Below, piece after piece: positions 50,591 through 60,073 of a stretch of 64,000 bases of DNA. The position numbers and the translations under genes were made by a program. Numbering within the stretch: position 1 is the first letter of the stretch; every line of letters begins with the position of its first letter. Source of the DNA: Crocinitomicaceae bacterium (lineage in GTDB: Bacteria > Bacteroidota > Bacteroidia > Flavobacteriales_D > Crocinitomicaceae). The stretch spans positions 62,216-126,215 of the forward strand of contig JBAYVD010000011.1 of the NCBI GenBank assembly GCA_041674745.1. The letters are read 5' to 3'. Below the pieces are notes generated by a model. It was not told the origin of the DNA. It did no database searches and saw only the letters and a list, made by a program, of their open reading frames with translations.

Positions 50591-53077
50591 ATGAGTGAAA
50601 GGCAAACCCTTTTTATTGATGTAATCATTCCAGTTCCGGTTCATCGGGCTTTTACCTACCGTGTTCCTTTTGAGCTGAATGACCATATTCAAAAGGGAAT
50701 TCGCGTCATTGTCCCTTTTGGAAAAGCCAAATTATTGACAGGTATCGTCATCAAAGTTCATGAAACGGCTCCAGCGGATTATCAAGCCAAATACGTCGAA
50801 CACATTTTAGATGAAGCACCAATCATTACGGGAAATTTATTGACATTTTGGAATTGGATGGCTACTTATTACATGGCGCCAATTGGCGATGTAATGAATG
50901 CTGCTTTGCCCTCCAATTTCAAATTAGCCAGCGAAACCAAAATCGTGCTTCACCCCGATTTCGATTTGAAAACCCCCATGACCGACGACAAAGAAATTGC
51001 CATCGTCGATGCATTGGAAGTGCAAGAAGTACTCGATTTAAAAGAAATTTCTGAAATAGTTGGAATCAAAACGATTCAACCCATCATTAAAAAAATGCTG
51101 GAAAAACATATCATACTTACCTTGGAAAGTTTGGATGATAAATTCACCGCAAAAACGGCTCTGTACGTTCAACTAGCACCGGACTATTTACGGGAAGAAA
51201 AAATCAACGAAATACTCACGGCTTGGTCTGATAAAAAGTCAAAAATCAAGCAATGTGAAGCCATTTTAACGCTGCTAGCGGAAGGAAAGTACAGCGCTGA
51301 GCAAATGACACCAGTACTAAAAAAAGACTTAGAGACAAAAGGCATTTCGAATAGTGTTTTGAAAACCTTAGCAAAGAATGAGATCATTTCAATAACAAAG
51401 CAAGTGATTTCGCGCGTTGTTTCCGAGGAAGAAAATGAATCCTTCCGAACGTTTGAATTGAGCCAAGCTCAAAGCAAGGCGTTGACGGAAATAAAATCGC
51501 ATTTTCAAGAAGACAAAGTTTGTCTGTTGCAAGGTGTTACCGGTTCGGGAAAAACAGAAGTCTATGTTCGCTTGATTGAAGAACAATTGGCGCTCGGTAA
51601 ACAAATTTTGTTTTTGGTACCCGAAATCGCCCTCACAACTCAGTTGATTCAACGTTTACAAAAAATATTCGGTCAACAAGTTGGTGTGTACCATTCCAAA
51701 TTCAATCAAAATGAACGCGTGGAAATTTGGAACAATATTCTCGTCAACAATCCTGATAATTACCGAATTGTTGTTGGCGCACGTTCATGTGTTTTTCTAC
51801 CCTTTCAGGATTTGGGTTTGATTATCGTTGATGAAGAGCACGAATCGACTTTCAAACAATACGATCCGTCACCAAGATACAATGGTCGTGATTGCGCAGT
51901 CGTATTAGGGCAAATTCACAAGGCACACGTTTTATTGGGTTCTGCCACGCCATCCATGGAATCCTATTACAACAGTCAAATTGGAAAGTATGGCTTGGTG
52001 CAACTAGAAGAACGCTATGCCGGGATTCAAATGCCCGAAATTTTATTGGCTGATTTAAAAAAGGAACGACAACAAAACAAAGATTTTCAGTTTTTCAGCA
52101 ATTTTTTGATTGACTCCATGCGCGAAGCATTGAACAACAAAGAACAAATCATACTTTTTCAAAACCGACGTGGCTACAATCCTCGCTGGCAATGTGAAAT
52201 TTGCAGTTGGACGCCTCATTGTGTGAATTGCGATGTTTCCTTGACCTATCACAAACATACCAATACCTTAAAATGTCATTATTGCGGACATACCGCGGCA
52301 CCGATGGGTTCTTGTCGTAAATGTGGAAGCAATCGACTGAAAATGATTGGTTTTGGAACCGAAAAAATTGAGGATGAAATGAGTCTAATTTTTCCGGATG
52401 CCAATGTGGGTCGATTGGACTTGGATACGACCCGCAATAAAAATGGATACGAAAACATCATTCATGCTTTTGAAAATCGACAAATCGATATTTTGATTGG
52501 TACACAAATGATTAGCAAAGGATTGGATTTTGACCATGTCAGTATGGTGGGGATTTTAGATGCCGAAGACATGCTGAATCGCCCCGATTTTCGTGCCTTT
52601 GAAAAATCGTTTCAAATGATGACCCAAGTGGCCGGTAGAGCCGGTCGAAAACACAAACGAGGAAAGGTTATTATTCAAACGGGGCAAGTCGATCATTGGA
52701 TCATTGAAAAAGTCTATCAGTATGATTACAAAGGGTTTTACGCCCATGAATTAATCGAACGGGAGAATTTCTTTTATCCACCATTCTACAAAATCATTCA
52801 ATTCACCCTTCGTCACAAAGATGAAAACGTATTGAATTCAGGTGCAAAAGACTTGGCCGATCAACTCAAAGGCATATTCAAAGAGCGAGTAATTGGACCA
52901 GAATTTGGAATTGTACCAAGAATCAACAATCAATTCATAAAAATAATTAAACTGAAATACGAAAAATCGCTTTCAGACAAAGGGATAAAAGAAAAAGTCC
53001 AACAAATGTTGGACTCATTCTATAGTAAAGTAGGTAATAAATCTATTCGCGTATCCATTGATGTGGATCCTATCTAG
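50591..53077 (+). CDS. priA: Primosomal protein N' (replication restart helicase PriA)
   Basis: V.VP.P....FTY.VP, Walker [17 protein letters not shown], the Cys-rich zinc region (C..C.....C..C...L.YH......C.HYCG......C..CGS), and GTQM..KG.DF. Confidence 0.92.
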   Translation: MSERQTLFIDVIIPVPVHRAFTYRVPFELNDHIQKGIRVIVPFGKAKLLTGIVIKVHETAPADYQAKYVEHILDEAPIITGNLLTFWNWMATYYMAPIGDVMNAALPSNFKLASETKIVLHPDFDLKTPMTDDKEIAIVDALEVQEVLDLKEISEIVGIKTIQPIIKKMLEKHIILTLESLDDKFTAKTALYVQLAPDYLREEKINEILTAWSDKKSKIKQCEAILTLLAEGKYSAEQMTPVLKKDLETKGISNSVLKTLAKNEIISITKQVISRVVSEEENESFRTFELSQAQSKALTEIKSHFQEDKVCLLQGVTGSGKTEVYVRLIEEQLALGKQILFLVPEIALTTQLIQRLQKIFGQQVGVYHSKFNQNERVEIWNNILVNNPDNYRIVVGARSCVFLPFQDLGLIIVDEEHESTFKQYDPSPRYNGRDCAVVLGQIHKAHVLLGSATPSMESYYNSQIGKYGLVQLEERYAGIQMPEILLADLKKERQQNKDFQFFSNFLIDSMREALNNKEQIILFQNRRGYNPRWQCEICSWTPHCVNCDVSLTYHKHTNTLKCHYCGHTAAPMGSCRKCGSNRLKMIGFGTEKIEDEMSLIFPDANVGRLDLDTTRNKNGYENIIHAFENRQIDILIGTQMISKGLDFDHVSMVGILDAEDMLNRPDFRAFEKSFQMMTQVAGRAGRKHKRGKVIIQTGQVDHWIIEKVYQYDYKGFYAHELIERENFFYPPFYKIIQFTLRHKDENVLNSGAKDLADQLKGIFKERVIGPEFGIVPRINNQFIKIIKLKYEKSLSDKGIKEKVQQMLDSFYSKVGNKSIRVSIDVDPI

Positions 53078-53943
53078 CCCAAATACGATTTAAGCATTTT
53101 GCTGCGTGAAGTATGTTTCAATCTTCGAATCGCTTTTTCTTTAATTTGGCGCACTCTTTCTCGGGTCAAATCAAACCGATCGCCTATTTCTTCTAAGGTC
53201 AATGGATATTTTCCATTCAAACCATAATACATTTTCAATATTTCACTTTCGCGCATGGTCAAGGTCGACAAGGAACGATCGATGTCTTTGCGCAACGATT
53301 CGATCACCAATTCTCGCTCTGGCCCAGGCAAACTATCATTGGGCAAAACATCATACATACTGGAAGAAGATTCATCCCCTTCTACCAACGGAGCATCCAT
53401 CGATACATGACGACCACTGTTGTTCAACGATTGTCGTACATCTTCCACGGAGCATTCCAAATGTTCGGCCAACTCCTCAGCAGAAGGTGGACGTTCATAG
53501 CGTTGCTCCAATTCAGAAAATGCTTTTTTAATTTTATTGATGTTTCCAATTTTATTCAAAGGCAAACGCACAATTCGTGCCTGTTCCGCCAATGCTTGCA
53601 AGATTGACTGACGAATCCACCAAACGGCATAGGAAATAAATTTAAATCCTCTTGTTTCATCAAATCGTTCAGCAGCCTTAATCAAACCGACATTTCCTTC
53701 ATTGATCAAATCGGGTAATGAAAGTCCTTGATTTTGATACTGTTTTGAAACAGAAACAACAAATCGCAAGTTGGCTTTGGTCAATCTTTCTAAAGCGGCT
53801 TTGTCTCCTTCTCGAATTTTTCGAGCCAATTCAACTTCCTCTTCAGCCGTTATTAAATCAACTCGCCCGATTTCCAAAAGATATTTATCCAAGGATGCCG
53901 TTTCACGATTAGTGACTTGTTTTACAATCTTAAGTTGTCTCAT
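53074..53943 (-). CDS. rpoD: RNA polymerase primary sigma factor (short Bacteroidota RpoD/SigA)
   Basis: Region 2 ([37 protein letters not shown]...[14 protein letters not shown]), region 3, and region 4 ([21 protein letters not shown]). 289 aa. Confidence 0.92.
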   Translation of the reverse strand: MRQLKIVKQVTNRETASLDKYLLEIGRVDLITAEEEVELARKIREGDKAALERLTKANLRFVVSVSKQYQNQGLSLPDLINEGNVGLIKAAERFDETRGFKFISYAVWWIRQSILQALAEQARIVRLPLNKIGNINKIKKAFSELEQRYERPPSAEELAEHLECSVEDVRQSLNNSGRHVSMDAPLVEGDESSSSMYDVLPNDSLPGPERELVIESLRKDIDRSLSTLTMRESEILKMYYGLNGKYPLTLEEIGDRFDLTRERVRQIKEKAIRRLKHTSRSKMLKSYLG

Positions 53944-54118
53944 AAAATGTGGGTATTAATTAAACTCACTTTATATAAGACGAAAAAATCAAAAAAAGGT
54001 TGGCGAGATTTTGTTTTTTAACATTTTTTACTTATGAAATGGGTGCAACCAGTTAATTTTTAAGCGATTTAATGGCTATAAAATTTTTTCGATGAGTAGG
54101 TTTGAGTACTTTTGCGCC

Positions 54119-54586
54119 ATGAAAATACTCATGGTTTGTTTGGGAAACATTTGTAGATCTCCTTTGGCTGACGCTTTGATGCGTAAAAAAGTAGCTGAAA
54201 GAAATTTAGAGATAGTGGTCGATTCAGCTGGAACATCAGCCTATCACATTGGAAATCAACCCGACGAAAGAACACAAGAAAATGCAAAAAAGCACGGTTT
54301 AGACATTAGTTTCTTGCGTGCTCGTCAATTTGTAAAAGAAGATTTCGATCTGTTCGACTTGATCTACGTCATGGACCGAACCAATCAATTCAATGTTTTG
54401 GAGCTTGCGTCCACCGACGAACATCGTCAAAAAGTAAGACTTATCCTGGATGAATTGCCAGATGAACACAAAAAAGAAGTTCCGGACCCCTATTATTTGG
54501 GTGAACAAGGTTTTGAGCGTGTATACCAATTGTTGGACGCTGCAACGGATGAAATTCTTCAAAATTTAATGGAAACTGTCCAATGA
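54119..54586 (+). CDS. Low-molecular-weight protein-tyrosine phosphatase
   Basis: MKILMVCLGNICRSP (the CX5R P-loop) and the DPYY motif. Start set at 54119 rather than 54092. Confidence 0.85.
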   Translation: MKILMVCLGNICRSPLADALMRKKVAERNLEIVVDSAGTSAYHIGNQPDERTQENAKKHGLDISFLRARQFVKEDFDLFDLIYVMDRTNQFNVLELASTDEHRQKVRLILDELPDEHKKEVPDPYYLGEQGFERVYQLLDAATDEILQNLMETVQ

Positions 54587-55314
54587 GCGCACCAGCCCCG
54601 TACCGAGGAAAAATTTATTTATTGCCCTGTCCAATAAGTGAAGAAGATTTTCGAAATGTAATCCCAGAAGAAGTCGTAAAAAAAGCGGCTACGTTTCGCT
54701 ATTTCGCTGTGGAAGATGTAAAATCTGCCCGCCGTTTTCTTCGAAGAATGGATCGAACCTTCCCGATTGATGACAGTATATTCTTTGTTTTAAATAAAAA
54801 AACAACGGCTGATCAATTGGAGAAAATGATGGAACCCATCATGGCCGGACACGATGTCGCTATTATCAGCGAAGCGGGTTGCCCTGGCGTTGCTGATCCC
54901 GGAGCAGCTTTGGTAGATTACGCGCACAAAATTGAGATTACTGTTCATCCTTTGGTTGGACCTTCGTCTATCCTTTTGGCGTTGATGGGGAGTGGTTTCA
55001 ATGGACAATCTTTCACCTTCCATGGCTATCTTCCCAAGGAACGAAAAGACCGTGTGAAATCCATCAAAGACTTTGAGTTCAATTCGCTAAAAACAGGACA
55101 TACAAATCTATTCATGGACACGCCTTTTCGCAACATGAATGTGCTACATGACTTGTTGAATGAACTAAACGACAATACATCTTTGTGCATCGCAAGTCAT
55201 ATGACAGGTTTGCATGAAAAAGTAAACACGCGAACCGTGAAAGAATGGAGAGAAAGTGCCTATGATTTGGGGAAAATACCTTGTATCTTTGCCATCGGAA
55301 AAGGGCAATCTTAA
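54583..55314 (+). CDS. SAM-dependent methyltransferase, tetrapyrrole-methylase superfamily (RsmI-like)
   Basis: YLLP.PI, ISEAGCPGVADPGA.LV and GPSS..LAL..SG motifs. Overlaps the upstream stop by 4 nt. Confidence 0.72.
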   Translation: MSAPAPYRGKIYLLPCPISEEDFRNVIPEEVVKKAATFRYFAVEDVKSARRFLRRMDRTFPIDDSIFFVLNKKTTADQLEKMMEPIMAGHDVAIISEAGCPGVADPGAALVDYAHKIEITVHPLVGPSSILLALMGSGFNGQSFTFHGYLPKERKDRVKSIKDFEFNSLKTGHTNLFMDTPFRNMNVLHDLLNELNDNTSLCIASHMTGLHEKVNTRTVKEWRESAYDLGKIPCIFAIGKGQS

Positions 55315-55360
55315 GGAATTGAGATAACAGTCACTTTGCTTATTAAATTGAATTGAAAAT

Positions 55361-56137
55361 ATGATCATTTATAAAACAGCGGACGAAATTGAAATCATGC
55401 GTCAAGCAGCGCAGGTAGTGAGTCGTACGTTAGGAAAAGTAGCGGAAAAAATTCAAGCGGGTGTAACACCAAGAGAATTGGATCTATTTGCAGAGCAATA
55501 TATCTTATCACAAGATTCAATTCCAGGTTTCAAAGGTTTGTACGGCTGTCCAAGTACCTTACTCATATCGGTAAATGAACAAGTAGTTCATGGATTACCG
55601 ACAGACACGCCTTTGAAAGAAGGTGATATCGTTTCCGTTGATTGCGGTGCTGTTTACAAAGGATATTATGGCGATCATGCCTATACATTTGCCATTGGTG
55701 AAGTCAGTGAAGAAAAAGCACGATTGCTGAAAGTAACGGAAGAATGTTTGTATTTGGGTATCGAACAAGCTCGAGTAGGCAACCGCATCGACGATATTGG
55801 TTGGGCGATTCAAACCCATGCCGAAAAAAATGGTTACGGCGTAGTGCGCGATTTGGTGGGTCATGGCCTTGGGAAAACCTTGCATGAAGATCCTCAAGTT
55901 GCCAATTATGGTCGACGAGGACGTGGGAAAAAAATTCAAAATGGATTAACCATAGCGATTGAACCGATGATTAACATGGGGACAGAGCGTGTGGAGCAAT
56001 TGGATGACAATTGGACGATTGTAACAGCAGATGGCTTACCAAGTGCCCATTTTGAGCATGATATTGCGGTGGTAGACGGCAAACCAGTTATCCTTTCTAC
56101 GTTCGATTATATTCTTGAAGCATTAAGCAAAAAATAA
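55361..56137 (+). CDS. map: Type I methionyl aminopeptidase
   Basis: VHG.P, DCGA...GY.GD.A.TF, GHG.G...HE.P.V.NY, LTIAIEPM and SAHFEH motifs. Confidence 0.92.
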   Translation: MIIYKTADEIEIMRQAAQVVSRTLGKVAEKIQAGVTPRELDLFAEQYILSQDSIPGFKGLYGCPSTLLISVNEQVVHGLPTDTPLKEGDIVSVDCGAVYKGYYGDHAYTFAIGEVSEEKARLLKVTEECLYLGIEQARVGNRIDDIGWAIQTHAEKNGYGVVRDLVGHGLGKTLHEDPQVANYGRRGRGKKIQNGLTIAIEPMINMGTERVEQLDDNWTIVTADGLPSAHFEHDIAVVDGKPVILSTFDYILEALSKK

Positions 56138-56697
56138 TGACGGAACAGAAACTGTTTTACACCGTTTTTGCCACTTTGCTGGTGTACGGTTTAGGCAGTT
56201 TTTTTCAATTAGGGACTTTTGTACTTCCCCTTCCATTTTTTGAACTAGGCCTTTTGCTCATTAGTTTTTTCTTGGGGTTTTCGAATGGGTCGAAAAACAA
56301 AACATTAAGTCTGTTCCTAATCGCTTTTGGAATTTTGCAATTCTTTGCGATAAATTACAATTACAGCTTTTTTCTCAATGACCAAAATTTGGAAATATTG
56401 GCGCAAAGCCCCATCACAGACTTATTCAGTATTGCTGCTCGAATCACCTTGCTGGGCATTTTATTTCTTCAAAATCGGACTAAAATCGTGTTCACGCATC
56501 CAATACACCTCCTTTTATTTTCTTTGGTATTATTATCCACTTTGTTTATACCAGAACCCGCTTTCATCCTTCTGCCCCTGCTCTATCTATGCATCCTATT
56601 GGTTATCAAAGGAAAACAATTTGATCATTCTTGGAGTTTGTGGTTGTATTTGCTATTGTTCATTGGTTCTCGAGAACTCAGTTTCACTTTTTTATAA
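56137..56697 (+). CDS. Hypothetical integral membrane protein
   Basis: 186 aa with about 6 hydrophobic helices. The start overlaps the map stop. Confidence 0.5.
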   Translation: MTEQKLFYTVFATLLVYGLGSFFQLGTFVLPLPFFELGLLLISFFLGFSNGSKNKTLSLFLIAFGILQFFAINYNYSFFLNDQNLEILAQSPITDLFSIAARITLLGILFLQNRTKIVFTHPIHLLLFSLVLLSTLFIPEPAFILLPLLYLCILLVIKGKQFDHSWSLWLYLLLFIGSRELSFTFL

Positions 56698-56747
56698 GGA
56701 ATTCAACTTTTTTTTTCCAAAACTTTCATTTGTGCCAATGAAATTAC

Positions 56748-56755
56748 TACTTTTG
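56748..56755 (+). promoter_or_regulatory. Candidate -7 box TACTTTTG upstream of tRNA-Ser
   Basis: TAnnTTTG match 22 nt before tRNA-Ser. The nearest TTG is only 15 nt upstream, which is off-consensus. Confidence 0.35.
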
Positions 56756-56777
56756 CCGGCACGTTCTTTGAACATCC

Positions 56778-56864
56778 GGAGGGATGGGTGAGTGGCTGAA
56801 ACCACCAGTTTGCTAAACTGACGTACGGGTAACTGTACCGCGGGTTCGAATCCCGCTCTCTCCG
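56778..56864 (+). tRNA. tRNA-Ser (anticodon GCT)
   Basis: Folded by hand. Acceptor GGAGGGA/TCTCTCC, anticodon loop TTGCTAA, long variable arm GTACGG-GTAA-CTGTAC, T-arm GCGGG-TTCGAAT-CCCGC. CCA is not encoded. Confidence 0.9.
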
Positions 56865-56904
56865 CATAAAACAAAGAAAATAGTTCGAAATATTTATTTT
56901 TTTC

Positions 56905-56934
56905 TTGCTATTTTCATTTTTAACAGTATCTTTG
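56905..56934 (+). promoter_or_regulatory. Candidate sigma-A promoter (TTG-N19-TATCTTTG) for tRNA-Pro
   Basis: Exact consensus spacing, 60 nt upstream of tRNA-Pro. Confidence 0.5.
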
Positions 56935-56994
56935 CACTCGCTTTGACAATCTAGCGATAGAAAATCAAGCGACAAAAGACGAACTTTTAGAGTT

Positions 56995-57068
56995 CGGGGT
57001 GTAGCGTAGCCCGGTATCGCGCCTCGTTTGGGACGAGGAGGTCGTAGGTTCGAATCCTGCCACCCCGA
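56995..57068 (+). tRNA. tRNA-Pro (anticodon TGG)
   Basis: Acceptor CGGGGTG/CACCCCG, anticodon stem CCTCG/CGAGG with loop TTTGGGA, T-loop TTCGAAT. Confidence 0.9.
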
Positions 57069-57072
57069 CACT

Positions 57073-57098
57073 GGGGAAGAGAAATCTTCCCCTTTTTT
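57073..57098 (+). terminator. Rho-independent terminator after tRNA-Pro
   Basis: GGGGAAGA-GAAA-TCTTCCCC followed by T6. Confidence 0.7.
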
Positions 57099-57125
57099 AT
57101 TTCCAATGGTTTGTAAAAAATCATT

Positions 57126-57177
57126 GGGCTTTATAGCTCAGTCCGCAGCGGCGGAAGCAACTGCCAAAGTTGCAGAG
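57126..57177 (+). pseudogene. Degenerate 5'-half copy of tRNA-Arg with its D-loop replaced by a 14-nt GC palindrome
   Basis: GGGCTTTATAGCTCAG + TCCGCAGCGGCGGA + AGCAACTGCC... aligns to tRNA-Arg positions TAGCTCAG/AGCAACTGCC. The upstream flank (TTGTAAAAAATCATTGG) also resembles the flank of the intact gene (TTGTAAAATGATTGG). There is no T-arm. Confidence 0.5.
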
Positions 57178-57190
57178 TTGTAAAATGATT

Positions 57191-57264
57191 GGCCCCGTAG
57201 CTCAGCTGGATAGAGCAACTGCCTTCTAAGCAGTAGGTCTTTGGTTCGAATCCAAACGGGGTCA
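57191..57264 (+). tRNA. tRNA-Arg (anticodon TCT)
   Basis: Acceptor GGCCCCG/CGGGGTC, D-arm GCTC-AGCTGGATA-GAGC, anticodon loop CTTCTAA, T-arm TTTGG-TTCGAAT-CCAAA. Confidence 0.9.
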
Positions 57265-57265
57265 C

Positions 57266-57293
57266 AAAAGAGGAAGCAACCGCTTCCTCTTTT
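57266..57293 (+). terminator. Rho-independent terminator after tRNA-Arg
   Basis: AAAAGAGGAAGC-AACC-GCTTCCTCTTTT. An identical copy lies at about 57622-57649. Confidence 0.65.
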
Positions 57294-57312
57294 CAGTTTA
57301 ACACTATTTTTT

Positions 57313-57570
57313 ATGACCTATTATTCATATGTGCTGCGCTCCTTGGAAAATGGAATGCTGTATAAAGGATCCACTGAAAATATCGTAAATCGACTAGCAA
57401 CACATAATTCAGGAAAAGTACGTTTTACCTCACGCCATTTACCTTGGGAATTAATTTTAGTAGAAGAATTCACAACCCGAGCGGACGCTATGAAACGCGA
57501 AAAATGGTACAAAACTGGAGTCGGAAGGGAATGGATTAACAATGAAATTCAAAACAGAGAAAATGGATAG
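57313..57570 (+). CDS. Small GIY-YIG nuclease family protein
   Basis: 85 aa: MTYYSYVLRSLENGMLYKGSTENIVNRLATHNSG....T....PWELI..EEF.T...A...E...K. The Slx1/UPF0213-like GIY..YIG core. The start at 57313 lies after the tRNA-Arg terminator, and the stop codon lies inside a tRNA-derived segment. Confidence 0.8.
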   Translation: MTYYSYVLRSLENGMLYKGSTENIVNRLATHNSGKVRFTSRHLPWELILVEEFTTRADAMKREKWYKTGVGREWINNEIQNRENG

Positions 57571-57694
57571 AGCAATCCGCCGCGGCGGATAGGTCTTTGG
57601 TTCGAATCCAAACGGGGTCACAAAAGAGGAAGCAACCGCTTCCTCTTTTCGGTTTAACACTATTTTTTATGAGCTATTATTCTTATGTGCTGCG
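57564..57694 (+). repeat. Partial duplicate of the tRNA-Arg 3' portion, terminator and first 27 nt of the GIY-YIG ORF, with the anticodon arm replaced by the palindrome TCCGCCGCGGCGGA
   Basis: 57590-57694 matches 57234-57338 over 105 bp with about 4 mismatches. TGGATAGAGCAA (57564-57575) matches the D-loop region. 57576-57589 is a perfect 14-nt palindrome. The duplicated ORF start (MSYYSYVLR) runs into a stop after 22 codons. Confidence 0.8.
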
Positions 57695-57958
57695 GATCAA
57701 ACGATCAAGTCTAAAAGTTGGGGATTACCATATTTAACACTTCGATTAAAATTCTTTCTTCCCCACAACATTTGATAGCGTTCTGCAATTTTACAGCTTT
57801 TTAGCATTTTTTTTAAGAAACCAATACAACTTGCGACTAAATTTGAACGTACGTAGATTGTGCTCCTAATTGATTCTAATAAATAAATCTTCTTCGATAT
57901 CACTTTTCGAAAACAATACGACTTGACGCAATTTTATCGGGTTAAAATTCAAATACTT

Positions 57959-58738
57959 ATGCTTAAACTAAAAGAAACTACGTTGTACTCTAGCAAGCAT
58001 TTAGACGTCCGATTCAATAAAAAAAATAGTTTATTCATTCAAGAATGGAATCACAATTTACCTGTTCCCTTGAACGAATTCAGAAATGAATTATTAGCCT
58101 TCAAAGAACTCATCAAAATTCACCGGCCCAAAAGCACTATCTGGCTGCAGGAGGATTTTTCAACCATCTTGAAGTTTGAAGACAACTTATGGATTGAAAA
58201 AAATGTCAATGAAGAGTGTCTCCAGTACGGTTTGAAAAAATGCGCGTTTGTGGTTGGGAAAAACGTTATGGCACAATTACATGTATTCAATTTCTTTGAT
58301 AAAGTTCAATCCTGCATTGCTCCAAGACATTTCTCAGAAAAGGACGAAGCTTTGAATTGGATTCTCTATGACGAGCTCACGTCCAAGGCAGGCGGTGACG
58401 AAATTCAAATTGAATATGGCGGTAAAACGGCGGATGGAAAAAGTCAATACACGTTCAAAACCAGTTCTAAAAACACGGAGGTCACGCTAAAATCGTTCAA
58501 TATATTACTGAAAGAGAATGCATTTATGAAAGAAAATGCCATTCGTTTCTTTTCATTAACCAATCGTGAAAAAGAAATTTTTCAATTGTATGCCAATGGT
58601 GCTAATTTTAAAACCATTGCAGCAGAATTGTTTCTTTCTGAACTTACAATCCGCACACACTGGCGGAATACGAAGAAAAAACTAGCTATTAAGAGCCTTT
58701 CCGATATTACGGATTACAAAAATTCATTTTTGCGCTAA
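57959..58738 (+). CDS. LuxR/GerE-type helix-turn-helix transcriptional regulator with unknown N-terminal domain
   Basis: C-terminus LTNREKEIFQLYANGANFKTIAAELFLSELTIRTHWRNTKKKL. Start set at the ATG at 57959. Confidence 0.78.
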   Translation: MLKLKETTLYSSKHLDVRFNKKNSLFIQEWNHNLPVPLNEFRNELLAFKELIKIHRPKSTIWLQEDFSTILKFEDNLWIEKNVNEECLQYGLKKCAFVVGKNVMAQLHVFNFFDKVQSCIAPRHFSEKDEALNWILYDELTSKAGGDEIQIEYGGKTADGKSQYTFKTSSKNTEVTLKSFNILLKENAFMKENAIRFFSLTNREKEIFQLYANGANFKTIAAELFLSELTIRTHWRNTKKKLAIKSLSDITDYKNSFLR

Positions 58739-58900
58739 ATCGAAAACTACCCACATTTGGGTATTGTTTAGCTCCTCAAACAAATTTATATTTGACATCT
58801 GCATAGCAGGATTGTTTTAATTGTTTAAATTTTGAGCTTGGCTCTATAATTTTAAATATCGGTGTCATTCATTTGATACCGATATTTTTTTGAGCAAGAA

Positions 58901-59494
58901 TTAATATCCAGGATACCCTGAAAGATAGCGCTTCCCGATACAATGCATTAAAATTCCACTTCCGATGCCTATCAACGCACCTACTAACACATCGCTTGGA
59001 TAATGAACGCCTAAATGCATTCTGGAATAGCCCGCCAAACCGGCCCATACAAAAGAAGGTGCAATGACATACCATTTTGGATAAGCCAAGCAAAGACTTG
59101 TTGCTGCCGCAAATGCGCTAGAAGTATGACCGGAAGGAAAGGAATAACTTCCCGCCTTGTCTAACTTTACAATATCGGGATAAGTTACAAATGGCCGTGG
59201 TCGTTTAACAGCAAACTTCAAACCCGTAGTAATTGCTCCGTTCAACAACAAGGTCCCTCCCATGACCATGCCTCTTTGAATTGTCGTTTTATCTTTTTGA
59301 ATCAAACCAATTGTCAATACAGACAAGGGAGCGGCCAACATGATGGGCGTAACGGAATTGGAGACAAATTTAAAAGCAGGATCCAATTTCACATTTCGAT
59401 TCACATTGATCTTGCGCAATAAATCAATATCGGTATTTTGGGCACTTGCCAAATTGACAAACAAAACGAGAATTAGGAGTGTTTTTATTTTCAT
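58901..59494 (-). CDS. PAP2 family phosphatase
   Basis: K.....RPRP, PSGHTS and SR...GVHYPSDV motifs. Signal peptide MKIKTLLILVLFVNLASAQ. Confidence 0.85.
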   Translation of the reverse strand: MKIKTLLILVLFVNLASAQNTDIDLLRKINVNRNVKLDPAFKFVSNSVTPIMLAAPLSVLTIGLIQKDKTTIQRGMVMGGTLLLNGAITTGLKFAVKRPRPFVTYPDIVKLDKAGSYSFPSGHTSSAFAAATSLCLAYPKWYVIAPSFVWAGLAGYSRMHLGVHYPSDVLVGALIGIGSGILMHCIGKRYLSGYPGY

Positions 59495-59633
59495 ATTCCT
59501 CAAAATTACAGAAAATGCTTTGGTATCCACATTAATTTAAATTCCCTTTTTAAATAAAAGGTTTGCTTTCAGGTCATTGCTTCAAAACAGCCTGTTTACA
59601 TAATTTTTTTTCTGCTTTTTTTCTGCTTTTCAC

Positions 59634-59663
59634 TTGCAGAAACAAAATTTATACTTACTTTTG
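59634..59663 (+). promoter_or_regulatory. Candidate sigma-A promoter (TTG-N19-TACTTTTG) for tRNA-Asp
   Basis: Exact consensus spacing, 75 nt upstream of tRNA-Asp. Confidence 0.5.
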
Positions 59664-59738
59664 CCCACGCTTTTAACGTAAAGCAATACACAATTTCTTC
59701 ATCTTACTGTTGTAAGAGTTCGAAAGAGCAAGAAAATT

Positions 59739-59812
59739 GGTTTGGTAGTTCAGTTGGTTAGAATACCTGCCTGTCACGCAGGGGGTCGCGGGTTCGAGTC
59801 CCGTCCAGACCG
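59739..59812 (+). tRNA. tRNA-Asp (anticodon GTC)
   Basis: Acceptor GGTTTGG/CCAGACC, anticodon stem CCTGC/GCAGG with loop CTGTCAC, T-arm GCGGG-TTCGAGT-CCCGT. Confidence 0.9.
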
Positions 59813-59860
59813 CAAAACGCTCACGTTAAAAGATAAGCCTCTATGGCTGGAGGACTAGAA

Positions 59861-59900
59861 ACCCCTAAGATGTATCAAATATCTTAGGGGTTTTGTCTTT
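59861..59900 (+). terminator. Rho-independent terminator after tRNA-Asp
   Basis: 11-bp stem ACCCCTAAGAT / ATCTTAGGGGT followed by TTTTGTCTTTT. A second weaker GC hairpin (GGGGC..GCCCC + T5) lies at 59915-59939. Confidence 0.6.
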
Positions 59901-60073
59901 TATAGAAAATCGTAGGGGCACCATTGGGGGCCCCTTTTTCTTTAAACACTCTGCCCTACTCTCTTTTACTAAACGAGCTGTATCAAAATGTCAAATTTGC
60001 CGACAGTAAAGATACATTGAAATATTTACCTTTAATTTGTATAACCTAATTTTAAATCCATGAAAACGAATGA

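Noticed and set aside
54107-54114. TACTTTTG motif upstream of the LMW phosphatase gene
   Set aside because: It lies only 4 nt before the preferred ATG (54119) and has no -33 TTG. It could imply a leaderless mRNA, but coincidence is equally likely.
56692-57071. Minus-strand ORFs of 60 and 122 aa
   Set aside because: They lie antisense across tRNA-Ser and tRNA-Pro and their spacer. The tRNA folds account for the sequence.
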